64,000 nt of DNA, from IMG/VR virus record IMGVR_UViG_3300044630_004720, one strand, 5' to 3'. Shown here piece after piece: positions 26,619 through 37,274 of the stretch. A program made the position numbers and the translations under genes. Origin of the DNA: a virus. Its lineage: Duplodnaviria; Caudoviricetes. The notes beneath the pieces are model-generated. The model did not search any database. It had not been told where the DNA came from and was given only the letters and a program-made list of their open reading frames with translations. Position 1 is the stretch's first letter. Every line of letters starts with the position of its first letter.

Positions 26619-27467
26619 ATGGGAGTATTAGATTCAGTTCTTGCTCAGTATGAGAAGAACAAACAGTCAGCTACAAGTAGCAACACAAACAAAGTGTCTC
26701 AAGAAGACAGAATGAAAAAGTATTTCACCACCGTATTACCCAAAGGTGTACGTAGTGCTGAAAAACGTATTCGTATTTTACCGCCTGCAGATGGTGGGTC
26801 ACCATTTGTACAAGTTAAATTCCACGAGATTCAAGTGGACGGTAAATGGGTAAAACTTTATGACCCAGCTCAAGAAGGTAAACGTTCTCCATTAAATGAA
26901 GTTCACGAAAGTCTAATGATGACAGGTGTGGATTCAGACAGAGAATTGGCAAGAACATATCGTTCTCGTACTTTCTACATTGTTAAAGTTATCGACCGTG
27001 ATAACGAACAAGACGGTCCAAAATTTTGGAGATTCAAACACAACACTAAAATGGACGGTGTCTTGGATAAAGTTCATCCAATTTTTAGAACCAAAGGTGA
27101 TATTACCGACCCAACTACAGGTCGTGATTTGATTATCACATTAGCACTTACAAAAGCCGGTAATGGTAAGGAATACACAACAGTAAGTTCTGTTATTCCT
27201 GATGACCCAGCACCACTTCACACAGATGGTGCAACTTCAAACCTATGGGTTAATGATGAATTAACTTGGTCAGATGTTTATTCTAAAAAAGGAGAAGACT
27301 ATTTGGAAATGGTTGCACGTGGAGAAGTACCTCGTTGGGATAGTGAAGCGAAGAAATTCGTATCTAATTCAGCAGGAGAAGCTACAGTTGGCGGTACTTC
27401 AAGTTCAGCGGTAACATATGAAGACCCACAAGTGGACGATGAATCAGATTCTGATTTACCATTCTAA
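26619..27467 (+). CDS. Single-stranded DNA-binding protein (gp32-like)
   Basis: IRILP....SPF..V.FH, YIVKVIDRD..GPKFWRF, D...GRDLII, acidic tail ending DDESDSDLPF. Confidence 0.85.
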   Translation: MGVLDSVLAQYEKNKQSATSSNTNKVSQEDRMKKYFTTVLPKGVRSAEKRIRILPPADGGSPFVQVKFHEIQVDGKWVKLYDPAQEGKRSPLNEVHESLMMTGVDSDRELARTYRSRTFYIVKVIDRDNEQDGPKFWRFKHNTKMDGVLDKVHPIFRTKGDITDPTTGRDLIITLALTKAGNGKEYTTVSSVIPDDPAPLHTDGATSNLWVNDELTWSDVYSKKGEDYLEMVARGEVPRWDSEAKKFVSNSAGEATVGGTSSSAVTYEDPQVDDESDSDLPF

Positions 27468-27474
27468 TTAATCG

Positions 27475-27516
27475 AAGACACTCTCTACGACTATTTGGTT
27501 TAGAGAGTGTCTTTTT
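27475..27516 (+). terminator. Long hairpin/terminator between the SSB and recombinase genes
   Basis: Perfect 13-bp stem AAGACACTCTCTA / TAGAGAGTGTCTT, 13-nt loop, then Ts. Confidence 0.75.
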
Positions 27517-27530
27517 AAAACTACTCAAAT

Positions 27531-28505
27531 ATGGCAGGTATTAAAAAGAACGATTTCAGTTCGTTCAAAAAAAAGTTTTCAAAAGAGGCGGAATATAAAC
27601 CAGACCGTTTCTTTGATTTAGGTGACGCATTTTTAGATGCAACAGGTCTTCCAGGTCCGGCAATTGGACATTTAAATATGTTCTTAGGTCATAGTGACAC
27701 GGGTAAAACCACCGCATTAGTAAAGTCAGCGGTAGACGCACAAAAGAAAGGGATACTTCCTGTTTTTATTATTACGGAACAAAAATGGAGTTGGGAACAC
27801 GCTCAATTAATGGGATTTAATAAAGAAGACGATTTCTATCTCTTCAACAGTGACTTCGAATATATCGAACAAATTACTGATTTCATTAACGAAGTACTAG
27901 ACGCACAAGAAAAAGGTGAAATACCACACGATATTTTATTCCTATGGGATTCTGTTGGTTCAGTTCCTTGTAAGATGACTTATGAAGGAAAAGGTGGTAA
28001 ACAACACAATGCATCTACTTTGGCAGATAAAATCGGTATGGGTATTAATCAGAGAATTTCAGGTTCAAGAAGAACAGATAAAAAATTCACTAATACATTA
28101 ATTATCGTTAACCAACCTTGGGTTGAATTACCTGATAATCCGTTTGGTCAACCTAAAATTAAAGCAAAAGGTGGAGAAGCAATTTGGCTAAACTCGACAT
28201 TAGTTTTCTTATTTGGTAATCAAAAAGGTGCAGGAACTACCAAAATCTCAATCACAAAAGATAAGAGAAAAGTAAAAATTGCAACAAGAACCAAAATCTC
28301 AATTATGAAAAACCACGTAAATGGTTTAGGATATGAGGATGGAAGAATTCTTGTGACAGCACACGATTTTGCTAAAGGTAGAGACGATGCTGAAGAAAAG
28401 AAAAGTATTGAACAATATAAAACCGAACACGGAGATTATATTACCAACAAACTTGGCGTTAATGTTGCAGACGCAGATATTGAAGTTGTAACAGAGGAGG
28501 AGTAA
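27531..28505 (+). CDS. uvsX: RecA/UvsX-like recombinase
   Basis: P-loop GHSDTGKTT, ITEQKW, FLWDSVGS, IIVNQ, KAKGGEA. Confidence 0.9.
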   Translation: MAGIKKNDFSSFKKKFSKEAEYKPDRFFDLGDAFLDATGLPGPAIGHLNMFLGHSDTGKTTALVKSAVDAQKKGILPVFIITEQKWSWEHAQLMGFNKEDDFYLFNSDFEYIEQITDFINEVLDAQEKGEIPHDILFLWDSVGSVPCKMTYEGKGGKQHNASTLADKIGMGINQRISGSRRTDKKFTNTLIIVNQPWVELPDNPFGQPKIKAKGGEAIWLNSTLVFLFGNQKGAGTTKISITKDKRKVKIATRTKISIMKNHVNGLGYEDGRILVTAHDFAKGRDDAEEKKSIEQYKTEHGDYITNKLGVNVADADIEVVTEEE

Positions 28506-28522
28506 TAACATAAAAAATTTAA

Positions 28523-29539
28523 ATGTCAGTTTTACTTGTTGATGGAGATAATCTACTTACAATTGGTTTCTACGGTCTCAAAAATCACTACTATAAGGGA
28601 AAGCACATTGGAGCAATCTATCATTTTATTAATACTCTTAGAAGAGCGTTTGAGATTTACAAATTAGATAAAATTGTAGTTTTTTGGGATGGAGAAGATT
28701 CATCATCACTTAGAAAAAAGATTTACCATCAATACAAAGAAAATCGAAGAAGTAGACTCAGAACTGACGAAGAAATTGACAATTACAACTATCAAAGACA
28801 AAGAGTAAAACAATACCTCGAAGAACTTTATGTTAGACAAGGTGAGTTTGCAAATTGTGAAACTGATGATTGTGTTGCGTATTATGTTCAAAATTCACCA
28901 AACGAAGAAAAAATTATATACTCATCTGATAGAGATTTAGCACAACTTGTAAATGAAAAAACACAACTGTTTAATCCATCTCACGGAAAATTATACAAGA
29001 AACTAGACAAAATTGAGTATGACCACGAGAGTATCTTAATCGAAAATGTTTTATTGGTTAAGATGCTTTGTGGTGACCCCTCCGACAATATATCAGGAAT
29101 AAAAAATATGGGAATCAAAAGACTCATTAGTTTATTTCCTGAGATAAAAGAAACACCTCTCACATTAGAACAAATTAGAGAAAAGGGAAACCTTTTATTT
29201 GAACAGGACAAAGATAATTGGCTTGTCAGGAATCTATTGACTGGTGTCACCAAACACGGTGTGTTCGGAGAGGAGTTTTTCCAAGTAAATAATATGATTG
29301 TTAACCTACAAGAACCATTTTTAAGTGATGAGGCTAAAACAGTCATAAATGACTTAATAAATGAAAACTTGGACACAGAAGGTCGTTCTTATAAAAATAC
29401 TATGAAAATGATGACGGAGGATGGAGTATCACTCCTCTTACCGAAATCGGACGACCAATGGGTAAAATTTTTAGACCCATTTATGAGATTAACAAGAAAA
29501 GAAAAAAATAAGCACATCTTTAAATTTAAAAAAAAATAG
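28523..29539 (+). CDS. 5'-3' exonuclease / T4 RNase H-like flap nuclease
   Basis: LLVDGDN, VFWDG, YKENR, CETDDCVA, SSDRDLAQL, LCGDPSDNISGI. Confidence 0.9.
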   Translation: MSVLLVDGDNLLTIGFYGLKNHYYKGKHIGAIYHFINTLRRAFEIYKLDKIVVFWDGEDSSSLRKKIYHQYKENRRSRLRTDEEIDNYNYQRQRVKQYLEELYVRQGEFANCETDDCVAYYVQNSPNEEKIIYSSDRDLAQLVNEKTQLFNPSHGKLYKKLDKIEYDHESILIENVLLVKMLCGDPSDNISGIKNMGIKRLISLFPEIKETPLTLEQIREKGNLLFEQDKDNWLVRNLLTGVTKHGVFGEEFFQVNNMIVNLQEPFLSDEAKTVINDLINENLDTEGRSYKNTMKMMTEDGVSLLLPKSDDQWVKFLDPFMRLTRKEKNKHIFKFKKK

Positions 29540-29543
29540 AAAA

Positions 29544-29987
29544 ATGAACAATCAAGACGTAACTAAATTTGAGTTCCTTTTAACCCTTGAAGGTAACTTT
29601 ATCATTCAGAGATTCTTTAACGTTAAGGGATATAACCCAAGAGCAAGACGTTCTATGGATTTACACTACACCGTAAAAAATATTTGTGACGAAATTGCGG
29701 AAGATTTGAAAATAAAAAGTTCTGATTATATGTGTGAAAATCAAAATTATTTCCTATCTAACGAGAATGTGGAAGATAACGAACCACAAAAAGAAGAGCA
29801 CTTTTTATTGGAAGTTAAGTTAAATGACGATGTATTTATTTCAAGAATCTTCCCAGCTCACGTCTATCATCCAAAGGCAAGATACGCCGTTGATATTAGA
29901 CCAAAAGTTAGGAAAATTTTGTCAGAGTTAACTGATGTTTTGTCAGACTACGAACTCGAAACAACTTACTTACAGTATGAACTTTAA
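29544..29987 (+). CDS. Hypothetical protein
   Basis: 147-aa ORF tightly packed in the replication operon; no motif recognised. Confidence 0.6.
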   Translation: MNNQDVTKFEFLLTLEGNFIIQRFFNVKGYNPRARRSMDLHYTVKNICDEIAEDLKIKSSDYMCENQNYFLSNENVEDNEPQKEEHFLLEVKLNDDVFISRIFPAHVYHPKARYAVDIRPKVRKILSELTDVLSDYELETTYLQYEL

Positions 29988-30022
29988 TAAAAGAATTTTT
30001 AATATATAAACATATACATCAA

Positions 30023-31414
30023 ATGAGTGAAAAGAATTTTGGGCAATTAGGACCGACATTTCAAAAATCGTTAATCAAAGTAATAATCGAAGACAAAAAG
30101 TTTGCGGTAACCATCATTGATGTAATTGAAAGTAAGTATTTTGACGGACCATATTTCAGGTACATTATCGAGAATGTAAAAGAAATGTATTCAAAGTATG
30201 GTGAAATTCCTTCATATGACACTGTTGGTCAGAAAATTATGAGTGAAAATACGAAAGACACTACTACGTCTATTCACATTGACACCTTAAAAAATATTAG
30301 AGACCACGAGTTAACTGACGAAGGATGGATTAAAGACACCGCAATGAATTTCTGTAAACAACAAGTCCTTAAAAAAGAACTTAAGTTGGTAGAAAAAATC
30401 ATTGAGAATGGTGACTTCGAAGAATATAGAAAAATTGAAAAAATAATTCAAAATGCATTACAAGTAGGTGCATCATCTGATGATATTAGAGATGTATTTG
30501 AGAACATCGCAGGAGCATTAGAAAAAGATTCTAGACTACCGGTACCATTAGGTGTTACAGGTTTGGATAACTTGTTAAAAGGTGGTTTGGGTGTTGGTGA
30601 ATTAGGTGTTATCTTAGCACCAACAGGTACAGGTAAAACTACGTTCTTGACCAAAATCGCGAACACCGCATATAACCAAGGAAAGAATGTTTTACAAATC
30701 TTTTTTGAAGACAACGTAACTAACATCTTAAGAAAACATTACACAATTTGGACAGGTATCGCACCCGATGACCAAATTGAAAGAAAGGAAGAAGTTATTG
30801 AACTTGTCAAACAAAAAGAATCTGAGTCAGCAGGAAAGATTAAATTACTAAAAATGCCAAGTGACTCTGTTACTATTTCTGAAATTAAATCAAAATTAAG
30901 AAAACTTCATTCTGAAGGTTTTAGTGTGGATGTTTTAGTAATTGATTACATTGATTGTATTTCACCCGAAAAATCACATTTTGGTGAAGAATGGAAAGGT
31001 GAGGGTAATGTAATGAGAAGTTTAGAAGCAATGACTTCAGAATTTAATCTTGTTATTTGGACAGCAACACAAGGTAACCGTGAATCAATTTCTTCCGAAG
31101 TTGTAACAACAGACCAAATGGGAGGTTCAATTAAGAAGGCACAAATTGGACACGTTGTTGTTTCAATTGCAAAAACACTTGAACAAAAAGAACATAATTT
31201 AGCAACAATTACACTATTGAAATCACGTATTGGTAGAGATGGTGTTATATTCCAAAACTGTAAGTTTAATAACGAATATCTCGATATTGATACCGACAGT
31301 CAAAATACTCTTTTAGGTTTTGAAGAACAGAAGACACAAGAAAGAGCCAACAGGGCAGCAGAAGTATTCAAAAAGTCACAAGAAAAAAAGGGTATCACAT
31401 TAACAAACCAATAA
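30023..31414 (+). CDS. dnaB: Replicative DnaB-like helicase (gp41-like)
   Basis: Walker A APTGTGKTT, VIDYID, WTATQGNR, MGGSIKKAQI, LLKSRIG. Confidence 0.92.
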   Translation: MSEKNFGQLGPTFQKSLIKVIIEDKKFAVTIIDVIESKYFDGPYFRYIIENVKEMYSKYGEIPSYDTVGQKIMSENTKDTTTSIHIDTLKNIRDHELTDEGWIKDTAMNFCKQQVLKKELKLVEKIIENGDFEEYRKIEKIIQNALQVGASSDDIRDVFENIAGALEKDSRLPVPLGVTGLDNLLKGGLGVGELGVILAPTGTGKTTFLTKIANTAYNQGKNVLQIFFEDNVTNILRKHYTIWTGIAPDDQIERKEEVIELVKQKESESAGKIKLLKMPSDSVTISEIKSKLRKLHSEGFSVDVLVIDYIDCISPEKSHFGEEWKGEGNVMRSLEAMTSEFNLVIWTATQGNRESISSEVVTTDQMGGSIKKAQIGHVVVSIAKTLEQKEHNLATITLLKSRIGRDGVIFQNCKFNNEYLDIDTDSQNTLLGFEEQKTQERANRAAEVFKKSQEKKGITLTNQ

Positions 31415-31430
31415 ATAAAAATTAAATACT

Positions 31431-32405
31431 ATGACCGAGAAGATTTTATCAGAAAATCCCGGACGTTTCGTCCTTTTCCCTATCGAACATCACGACTTGT
31501 GGAAATTATATAAACAACAACAGGCCTGTTTTTGGACCGCAGAAGAAATTGATTTAGCTCAAGATATTTCTGATTGGGAAAACAAGTTAAATAATGATGA
31601 ACAACACTTCATTAAACACGTATTAGCGTTCTTTGCGGCGTCAGATGGTATCGTAAATGAAAATTTAGCAATGAACTTTGTTAATGAAGTTCAATATACT
31701 GAAGCTAAATTTTTCTACGGATTTCAAATTATGATGGAGAATATTCATAGTGAAACATATTCATTATTAATTGACACCTATATCAAAGATAGAGAAGAAC
31801 AAAATATACTTTTCAACGCAATTGAAACTGTTCCGGCAATTAAAAAGAAGGCCGAATGGGCAATTAAGTGGATTAACTCGGAATCCTTTGTTGAACGTCT
31901 TGTTGCTTTTGCGGCAGTGGAAGGTATTTTCTTTTCAGGTTCATTCTGTTCAATTTTCTGGTTAAAGAAACGTGGTTTAATGCCAGGTCTAACCTTTTCA
32001 AACGAATTAATTTCTCGTGACGAAGGAATGCACTGTGATTATGCTTGTCATTTGTATAACAACCACATTGAAAATAAACTTAGTGAAACTAAAATAAGAG
32101 AGATTATTTGTGGAGCGTTAGAAATTGAAAAGGAATTTATTACCGAAGCATTACCTGTTAGGTTAATTGGTATGAACTCAGATTTAATGCGTCAATACCT
32201 TGAATTCGTAACGGATAGATTATTAGTGTCATTAGGTTGTTCAAAAGTTTACAATTCAACTAACCCATTTGATTTTATGGAAAACATCGCAATTCAAGGA
32301 AAAACAAATTTCTTTGAGAAAAGAGTTGCCGAATATCAAAAAGCGGGTGTACATAATAAATCTGAAGAAGAACTGTCAAGTGCGTTTTCAGATATGGATT
32401 TCTAA
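31431..32405 (+). CDS. nrdB: Ribonucleotide reductase class Ia, beta subunit
   Basis: [48 protein letters not shown]. Confidence 0.97.
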   Translation: MTEKILSENPGRFVLFPIEHHDLWKLYKQQQACFWTAEEIDLAQDISDWENKLNNDEQHFIKHVLAFFAASDGIVNENLAMNFVNEVQYTEAKFFYGFQIMMENIHSETYSLLIDTYIKDREEQNILFNAIETVPAIKKKAEWAIKWINSESFVERLVAFAAVEGIFFSGSFCSIFWLKKRGLMPGLTFSNELISRDEGMHCDYACHLYNNHIENKLSETKIREIICGALEIEKEFITEALPVRLIGMNSDLMRQYLEFVTDRLLVSLGCSKVYNSTNPFDFMENIAIQGKTNFFEKRVAEYQKAGVHNKSEEELSSAFSDMDF

Positions 32406-32426
32406 AATTAAAATTTTTTTGGTAAA

Positions 32427-34856
32427 ATGAAAGTAAAGAAGAGAAACGGTGAATTAGAAGAGATGAGGTATGATAAAATCACTAAACGTATTAGTGCACT
32501 ATGTGAAGACCTCAATATGGAGTATGTGGACCCAACATATATAACACTTAAGGTTACACAAGGAATTTATGATGGGATATCAACAATAGAATTAGATAGA
32601 TTAGCGGCTGAAACTGCGGCATCAATGACTACAACTCATCCTGATTATGCAAAATTAGCAGGTAGGATTGCAGTATCTAATTTACACAAATCAACACCAA
32701 GAAAATTCTCACAATGTATTAAGGAATTATATTCTTTTATTGAACCAAAAACAGGTAAAGAATCTACTTTAATTTCTGACGAAGTATACGAGTTCGTAAT
32801 GGAAAATAAAGAAGTTATCGATGGAGCCATTGATATGAATAGAGATATGGATTTCGATTATTTCGGGTTCAAGACTTTAGAACGTTCATACCTATTAAAA
32901 ATTGGTAATAGAATTGTGGAAAGACCACAATATATGTATATGAGAGTTGCCGTGGGTATTTGTAAAGGAGATGTAGAAATGGCTTTGAGAATCTATGATG
33001 ATTTATCACAACACTTTTACACACACGCTACCCCTACATTATTCAATGCGGGAACACGTAGAGCACAAATGTCATCTTGTTTCTTAATTGGAAATAAAGG
33101 TGATGACATCGATGGATTGTTTGACACAATTAAAGACGTTGCAAAGATTTCTAAGTGGGCTGGCGGTATTGGATTACACGTACACGATGTTCGTGCTAAA
33201 GGTTCTTATATTAAAGGAACTGGCGGAGAATCTGATGGTTTAATCCCAATGATGAAAACATATAATGAAGTCGCTCGTTGGATTAACCAAGGTGGTAAAC
33301 GTAAAGGTTCGTTTGCAATTTATCTAGAACCTTGGCACTCAGATGTATTTGATTTTATTGATTTAAGAAAGAATCACGGTAAGGAAGAAATGAGAGCAAG
33401 AGATTTGTTCTTAGCTATGTGGACTCCTGATTTATTTATGAAACGTGTTGAAGAAGACGGTGATTGGTCTTTATTCTCACCTGACGAAGCACCAGGTTTA
33501 TCAGATGCTTATGATAGTCCCGAAGACAAAGCTTTCACTCGTTTATATGAACAATATGAACAAGATGGTAAAGCGAGAAAAGTTGTTAAGGCGAGAAAGT
33601 TAATGGATGCAATATTAACAGCTCAAATTGAAACAGGAACACCATATATGTTATATAAGGACCCTGCAAACTATAAATCAAATCAAAAGAACTTAGGTAC
33701 GATTAAGTCATCAAACTTATGTACCGAAATTATTGAGTATAGTTCACCAACTGAACAAGCGGTTTGTAATCTAGCATCAATTGCATTACCAAAATATATT
33801 ATTGATGGTGAATTCAATCATCAATTATTGTATGAATACACATACCAAGTTGTTAAAAATTTAAACAATGTAATTGATTTGAATTTCTACCCAACAGAAG
33901 AAACAAAACGTTCTAACTTTAGACATAGACCGGTTGGTTTGGGTATCCAAGGATTGGCGGATGTATTTTGTATGTTAGGTTTACCATTCGAAAGTGAAGG
34001 TGCTGATAAATTACAAACAGAGATTTTTGAAACCATTTATTTTGCTGCCTTAACATCGTCCAAAGATTTATCCAAAACTTTTGGTCCATACGAGAGTATA
34101 GTGGGTTCCCCAATAGAAAAGGGAATATTCCAATATCAGGTATGGGACAAAACTGATAAAGATTTATCAGGTCGTTGGGATTGGAAATCATTAAGAAAAG
34201 AGGTCGTTAATTACGGAGTTAGAAACTCATTATTAGTTGCACCGATGCCGACAGCATCAACCGCACAGATTTTAGGTAACAACGAAGCGTTTGAACCATT
34301 CACCACTAATCTTTATCTTAGAAGAACATTAGGTGGAGAGTTTGTTGTAATTAACAAACACTTGGTTAATGACTTATTGAAAATAGGTATGTGGAGTGAT
34401 AGTATCAAAAACAAATTAATTTTTGAAAATGGTTCAGTTCAAAATATCCCTGAAATACCAACTGAGTTAAAAGAGATATATAAAACTGTTTGGGAAATGT
34501 CACAAAAGAGAATTCTCCAAATGGCGGCAAATAGGTCAGTTTTCATTGACCAATCCCAATCTTTGAATTTATTCATTGATAATGTGACCAAACCAAAATT
34601 ATTGGCAGCACATATCTACGGATGGAAATTAGGATTGAAAACAGGTATGTATTATTTAAGAACAAGAGCGGCGGTAGACGCAATCAAAACTTTAGGTGTT
34701 GATATTAGTGCCACACAAAAAATAGAAGGTTCGATTACCCAAACAACCCAAGCTCCGACCGCACCAACTAATTCAATTCATTTTGAACAAAATGAAACAG
34801 CGTTGAGTATGAAACCATCAGACTCACCGTTTGAATGTGAAGGTTGTGGTTCATAA
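32427..34856 (+). CDS. nrdA: Ribonucleotide reductase class Ia, alpha subunit with ATP cone
   Basis: ATP cone VKKRNG..E; TPTLFNAG, SSCFL, SNLCTEI, VCNLAS, APMPTASTAQI, KTGMYYLR, C-terminal CEGCGS. Confidence 0.98.
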   Translation: MKVKKRNGELEEMRYDKITKRISALCEDLNMEYVDPTYITLKVTQGIYDGISTIELDRLAAETAASMTTTHPDYAKLAGRIAVSNLHKSTPRKFSQCIKELYSFIEPKTGKESTLISDEVYEFVMENKEVIDGAIDMNRDMDFDYFGFKTLERSYLLKIGNRIVERPQYMYMRVAVGICKGDVEMALRIYDDLSQHFYTHATPTLFNAGTRRAQMSSCFLIGNKGDDIDGLFDTIKDVAKISKWAGGIGLHVHDVRAKGSYIKGTGGESDGLIPMMKTYNEVARWINQGGKRKGSFAIYLEPWHSDVFDFIDLRKNHGKEEMRARDLFLAMWTPDLFMKRVEEDGDWSLFSPDEAPGLSDAYDSPEDKAFTRLYEQYEQDGKARKVVKARKLMDAILTAQIETGTPYMLYKDPANYKSNQKNLGTIKSSNLCTEIIEYSSPTEQAVCNLASIALPKYIIDGEFNHQLLYEYTYQVVKNLNNVIDLNFYPTEETKRSNFRHRPVGLGIQGLADVFCMLGLPFESEGADKLQTEIFETIYFAALTSSKDLSKTFGPYESIVGSPIEKGIFQYQVWDKTDKDLSGRWDWKSLRKEVVNYGVRNSLLVAPMPTASTAQILGNNEAFEPFTTNLYLRRTLGGEFVVINKHLVNDLLKIGMWSDSIKNKLIFENGSVQNIPEIPTELKEIYKTVWEMSQKRILQMAANRSVFIDQSQSLNLFIDNVTKPKLLAAHIYGWKLGLKTGMYYLRTRAAVDAIKTLGVDISATQKIEGSITQTTQAPTAPTNSIHFEQNETALSMKPSDSPFECEGCGS

Positions 34857-34871
34857 GAGAAACCCCCCACT

Positions 34872-34897
34872 AAAACCCAACTTCGGTTGGGTTTTTT
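34872..34897 (+). terminator. Rho-independent terminator after nrdA
   Basis: AAAACCCAAC-TTCG-GTTGGGTTTT; C(UUCG)G tetraloop. Confidence 0.9.
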
Positions 34898-34934
34898 ATT
34901 TATTACCATTTTGGTATTGTTTATATTTATTGAT

Positions 34935-35390
34935 ATGGCGTTAACATCATATGGAATTGATTTTCCATTTAGAGATAGTAGATACGGTGAATATTTAAAA
35001 ACAACCGAATCCCCTCAAAGAGAGGTAAGAGCGAATATTATACACCTTCTTTTAACGAGAAAGGGGTCAAGATATTTTTTACCTGACTTTGGTACCAGAA
35101 TTTACGAGTATATTTTTGAACAAAATGATGTAGTGTCATTTGGACAAATCGAAGAAGAAATTAGGGAAGGGATTAGAAAATTTATACCAAACGTCGAAGT
35201 AAAATCATTGGAAATTATGTCAGCGGAGGATGACCCCGACCAAACAAAAACATATTCCCAAGATGAAGATGAAAGATTATTCAGGGTTTCAGATTATTCA
35301 AGTAAACCTTATACCGCTAAAGTGAAACTTGATTATACCGTAAATAACGGAGCATTTTCAGTTTCAGACTTTATAATTATTAACATATAA
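34935..35390 (+). CDS. gp25: Baseplate wedge protein gp25-like
   Basis: YGIDFPF, IIHLLLTRKGSRYFLPDFGT, I....IPNV. Start moved to the ATG 4 nt after TATTTAT (34924-34930). Confidence 0.9.
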   Translation: MALTSYGIDFPFRDSRYGEYLKTTESPQREVRANIIHLLLTRKGSRYFLPDFGTRIYEYIFEQNDVVSFGQIEEEIREGIRKFIPNVEVKSLEIMSAEDDPDQTKTYSQDEDERLFRVSDYSSKPYTAKVKLDYTVNNGAFSVSDFIIINI

Positions 35391-35391
35391 G

Positions 35392-37221
35392 ATGGCAAAA
35401 GAAATATCATACGCAACCAGAGACTTTGCAGGATTAAGAGAAGAGTTGGTAACACTAACCAAAAAATATTATCCTGACCTAATAAGTAACTTTAACGACG
35501 CATCAATTTATTCTGTATTATTAGACTTAAATGCTGCGGTTGCTGATAACCTTCATTTTCATATAGATAGAGTTTGGCAAGAAACAATGTTGGACTTTGC
35601 TCAACAAAGACAATCATTATATCATATTGCTAAAACATATGGATTAAGAATACCTGGTTTAAGACCTTCAGTTGCGTTATGTGACTTTTCAATAAACGTA
35701 CCGGTTAGAGGTGATAAGGATGATGAAAGATATGAAGGTATTTTAAAATCGGGAGCTCAGGTTTCGGGAGGAGGACAAGTTTTTGAAACAATAGATGATA
35801 TTGATTTTTCAAGTCCATTTAATAGTAAAGGAGAACCAAATAGATTAAAGATTCCAAATTTTGATAATAACAACAAATTAGTTTCATATACCATAACAAA
35901 AAGAGAAGCTGTGGTAAACGGAACAACAAAAATATACAGAAGGGTAATTAATGAAATTGACCAAAAACCATTTTTAAAAATATTTTTACCTGAAAGAAAT
36001 GTGTTGGGTGTTGTCGGAATGATTCACAAATCAGGTACCAACTTCATATCGAACCCTACATACGATGAATTTAATGGTGACAATAAATGGTACGAAGTGA
36101 AGTCATTAATGGAAGATAGAGTTTTTATTGAAGACCCAACAACAGTATCAGATAGAGACAATTTTACGTCGGGAGATTATGTTAGAGTTGATAATAAATT
36201 TATATCAGAATACACACCCGAAGGATATTTTCATATAACTTTTGGTTCAGGTAATGTAGACCCAATGGATAATTTGGACAACTATATGAACGGAACAATG
36301 AAGGTTAACATATCAACTTTCTTGAATAACGTATCATTAGGAACAATTCCAAAACCTGGTACCACCCTGTTCATCAAATACAGAGTTGGTGGAGGTAAAG
36401 ACACCAATTTAGGGGTAAACGTGATTTCATCGATAGATACGATTGATTTTGCATTAAACGGACCTAATAGTTCAATTAACGACCAAGTATCACAATCCTT
36501 AAGTGTAACAAACATTACACCTGCGGTTGGTGGAGCTGATTCCCCAACAATCGAAGAAATTAGAGGAATGATAGCATATAACTTTGCAGCACAAAACAGA
36601 GCGGTTACACTCAATGACTATAAATCGTTAATTGAGACAATGCCATCAACTTATGGTGCACCGGCCAAGGTTAGTGTTATGGAAGAAGACAATAAAGTAA
36701 AAATAAAATTATTGTCTTATGATGATGAAGGTAATTTGACTGATATAGTATCCAATACTTTGAAACAGAATGTATTAAATTACCTATCTAAATTCAGAAT
36801 GTTAAATGATTATTTGGATATTGAAAGTGGTGAGGTTATTGACTTAGGTTTAGAAATTGATTTGGTTGTTAATAAAAATGAAAGTCAAAGTGACGTTCTT
36901 AAAGAAACAGTAAAAACCATAACAGGTTTCTTCGCAATAGACAAAAGAAAAATGGGAGACCCATTATTTGTTGGTGATTTGAAAAAAGAAATAGGTAATG
37001 TTAGTGGTGTGATAAACGTCGTTGATGTTAGAATTTTTAACAAAATCGGAGGAAAATATTCTTCAGCTGAAGTATCACAAACATACAAAGACAACATCAG
37101 TAAAGAGATTCTACAGTCAGACTCAACCATATATATGAAGTCAAATCAAATCTGTCAAATCAGATTCCCTCAAACGGATATTAAAGTGAGGGTAAAAACT
37201 CCAACTTCGACTACATACTAA
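35392..37221 (+). CDS. gp6: Baseplate wedge protein gp6 / baseplate-J-like
   Basis: RDFAGLREEL, ITFGSG, YRVGGG..TN, GGAD...IEEIR, QNRAVTLNDY. Confidence 0.9.
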   Translation: MAKEISYATRDFAGLREELVTLTKKYYPDLISNFNDASIYSVLLDLNAAVADNLHFHIDRVWQETMLDFAQQRQSLYHIAKTYGLRIPGLRPSVALCDFSINVPVRGDKDDERYEGILKSGAQVSGGGQVFETIDDIDFSSPFNSKGEPNRLKIPNFDNNNKLVSYTITKREAVVNGTTKIYRRVINEIDQKPFLKIFLPERNVLGVVGMIHKSGTNFISNPTYDEFNGDNKWYEVKSLMEDRVFIEDPTTVSDRDNFTSGDYVRVDNKFISEYTPEGYFHITFGSGNVDPMDNLDNYMNGTMKVNISTFLNNVSLGTIPKPGTTLFIKYRVGGGKDTNLGVNVISSIDTIDFALNGPNSSINDQVSQSLSVTNITPAVGGADSPTIEEIRGMIAYNFAAQNRAVTLNDYKSLIETMPSTYGAPAKVSVMEEDNKVKIKLLSYDDEGNLTDIVSNTLKQNVLNYLSKFRMLNDYLDIESGEVIDLGLEIDLVVNKNESQSDVLKETVKTITGFFAIDKRKMGDPLFVGDLKKEIGNVSGVINVVDVRIFNKIGGKYSSAEVSQTYKDNISKEILQSDSTIYMKSNQICQIRFPQTDIKVRVKTPTSTTY

Positions 37222-37274
37222 ATTGTTTTTTAGTTATCTTATAAGAAATTGATAGAGTTTCTATTTATTATAAG

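Noticed and set aside
1-34856. Eukaryotic giant virus origin (PolB, eukaryote-like RNR, SNF2, Cys-rich proteins)
   Set aside because: Contractile tail, baseplate genes, bacterial promoters, intrinsic terminators and coupled operons indicate a tailed bacteriophage.
34887-34934. N-terminal hydrophobic extension on gp25, and similar upstream extensions at 11333, 57220 and 62030
   Set aside because: They run through terminators, promoter motifs or the upstream gene; the downstream ATGs fit the local start pattern.
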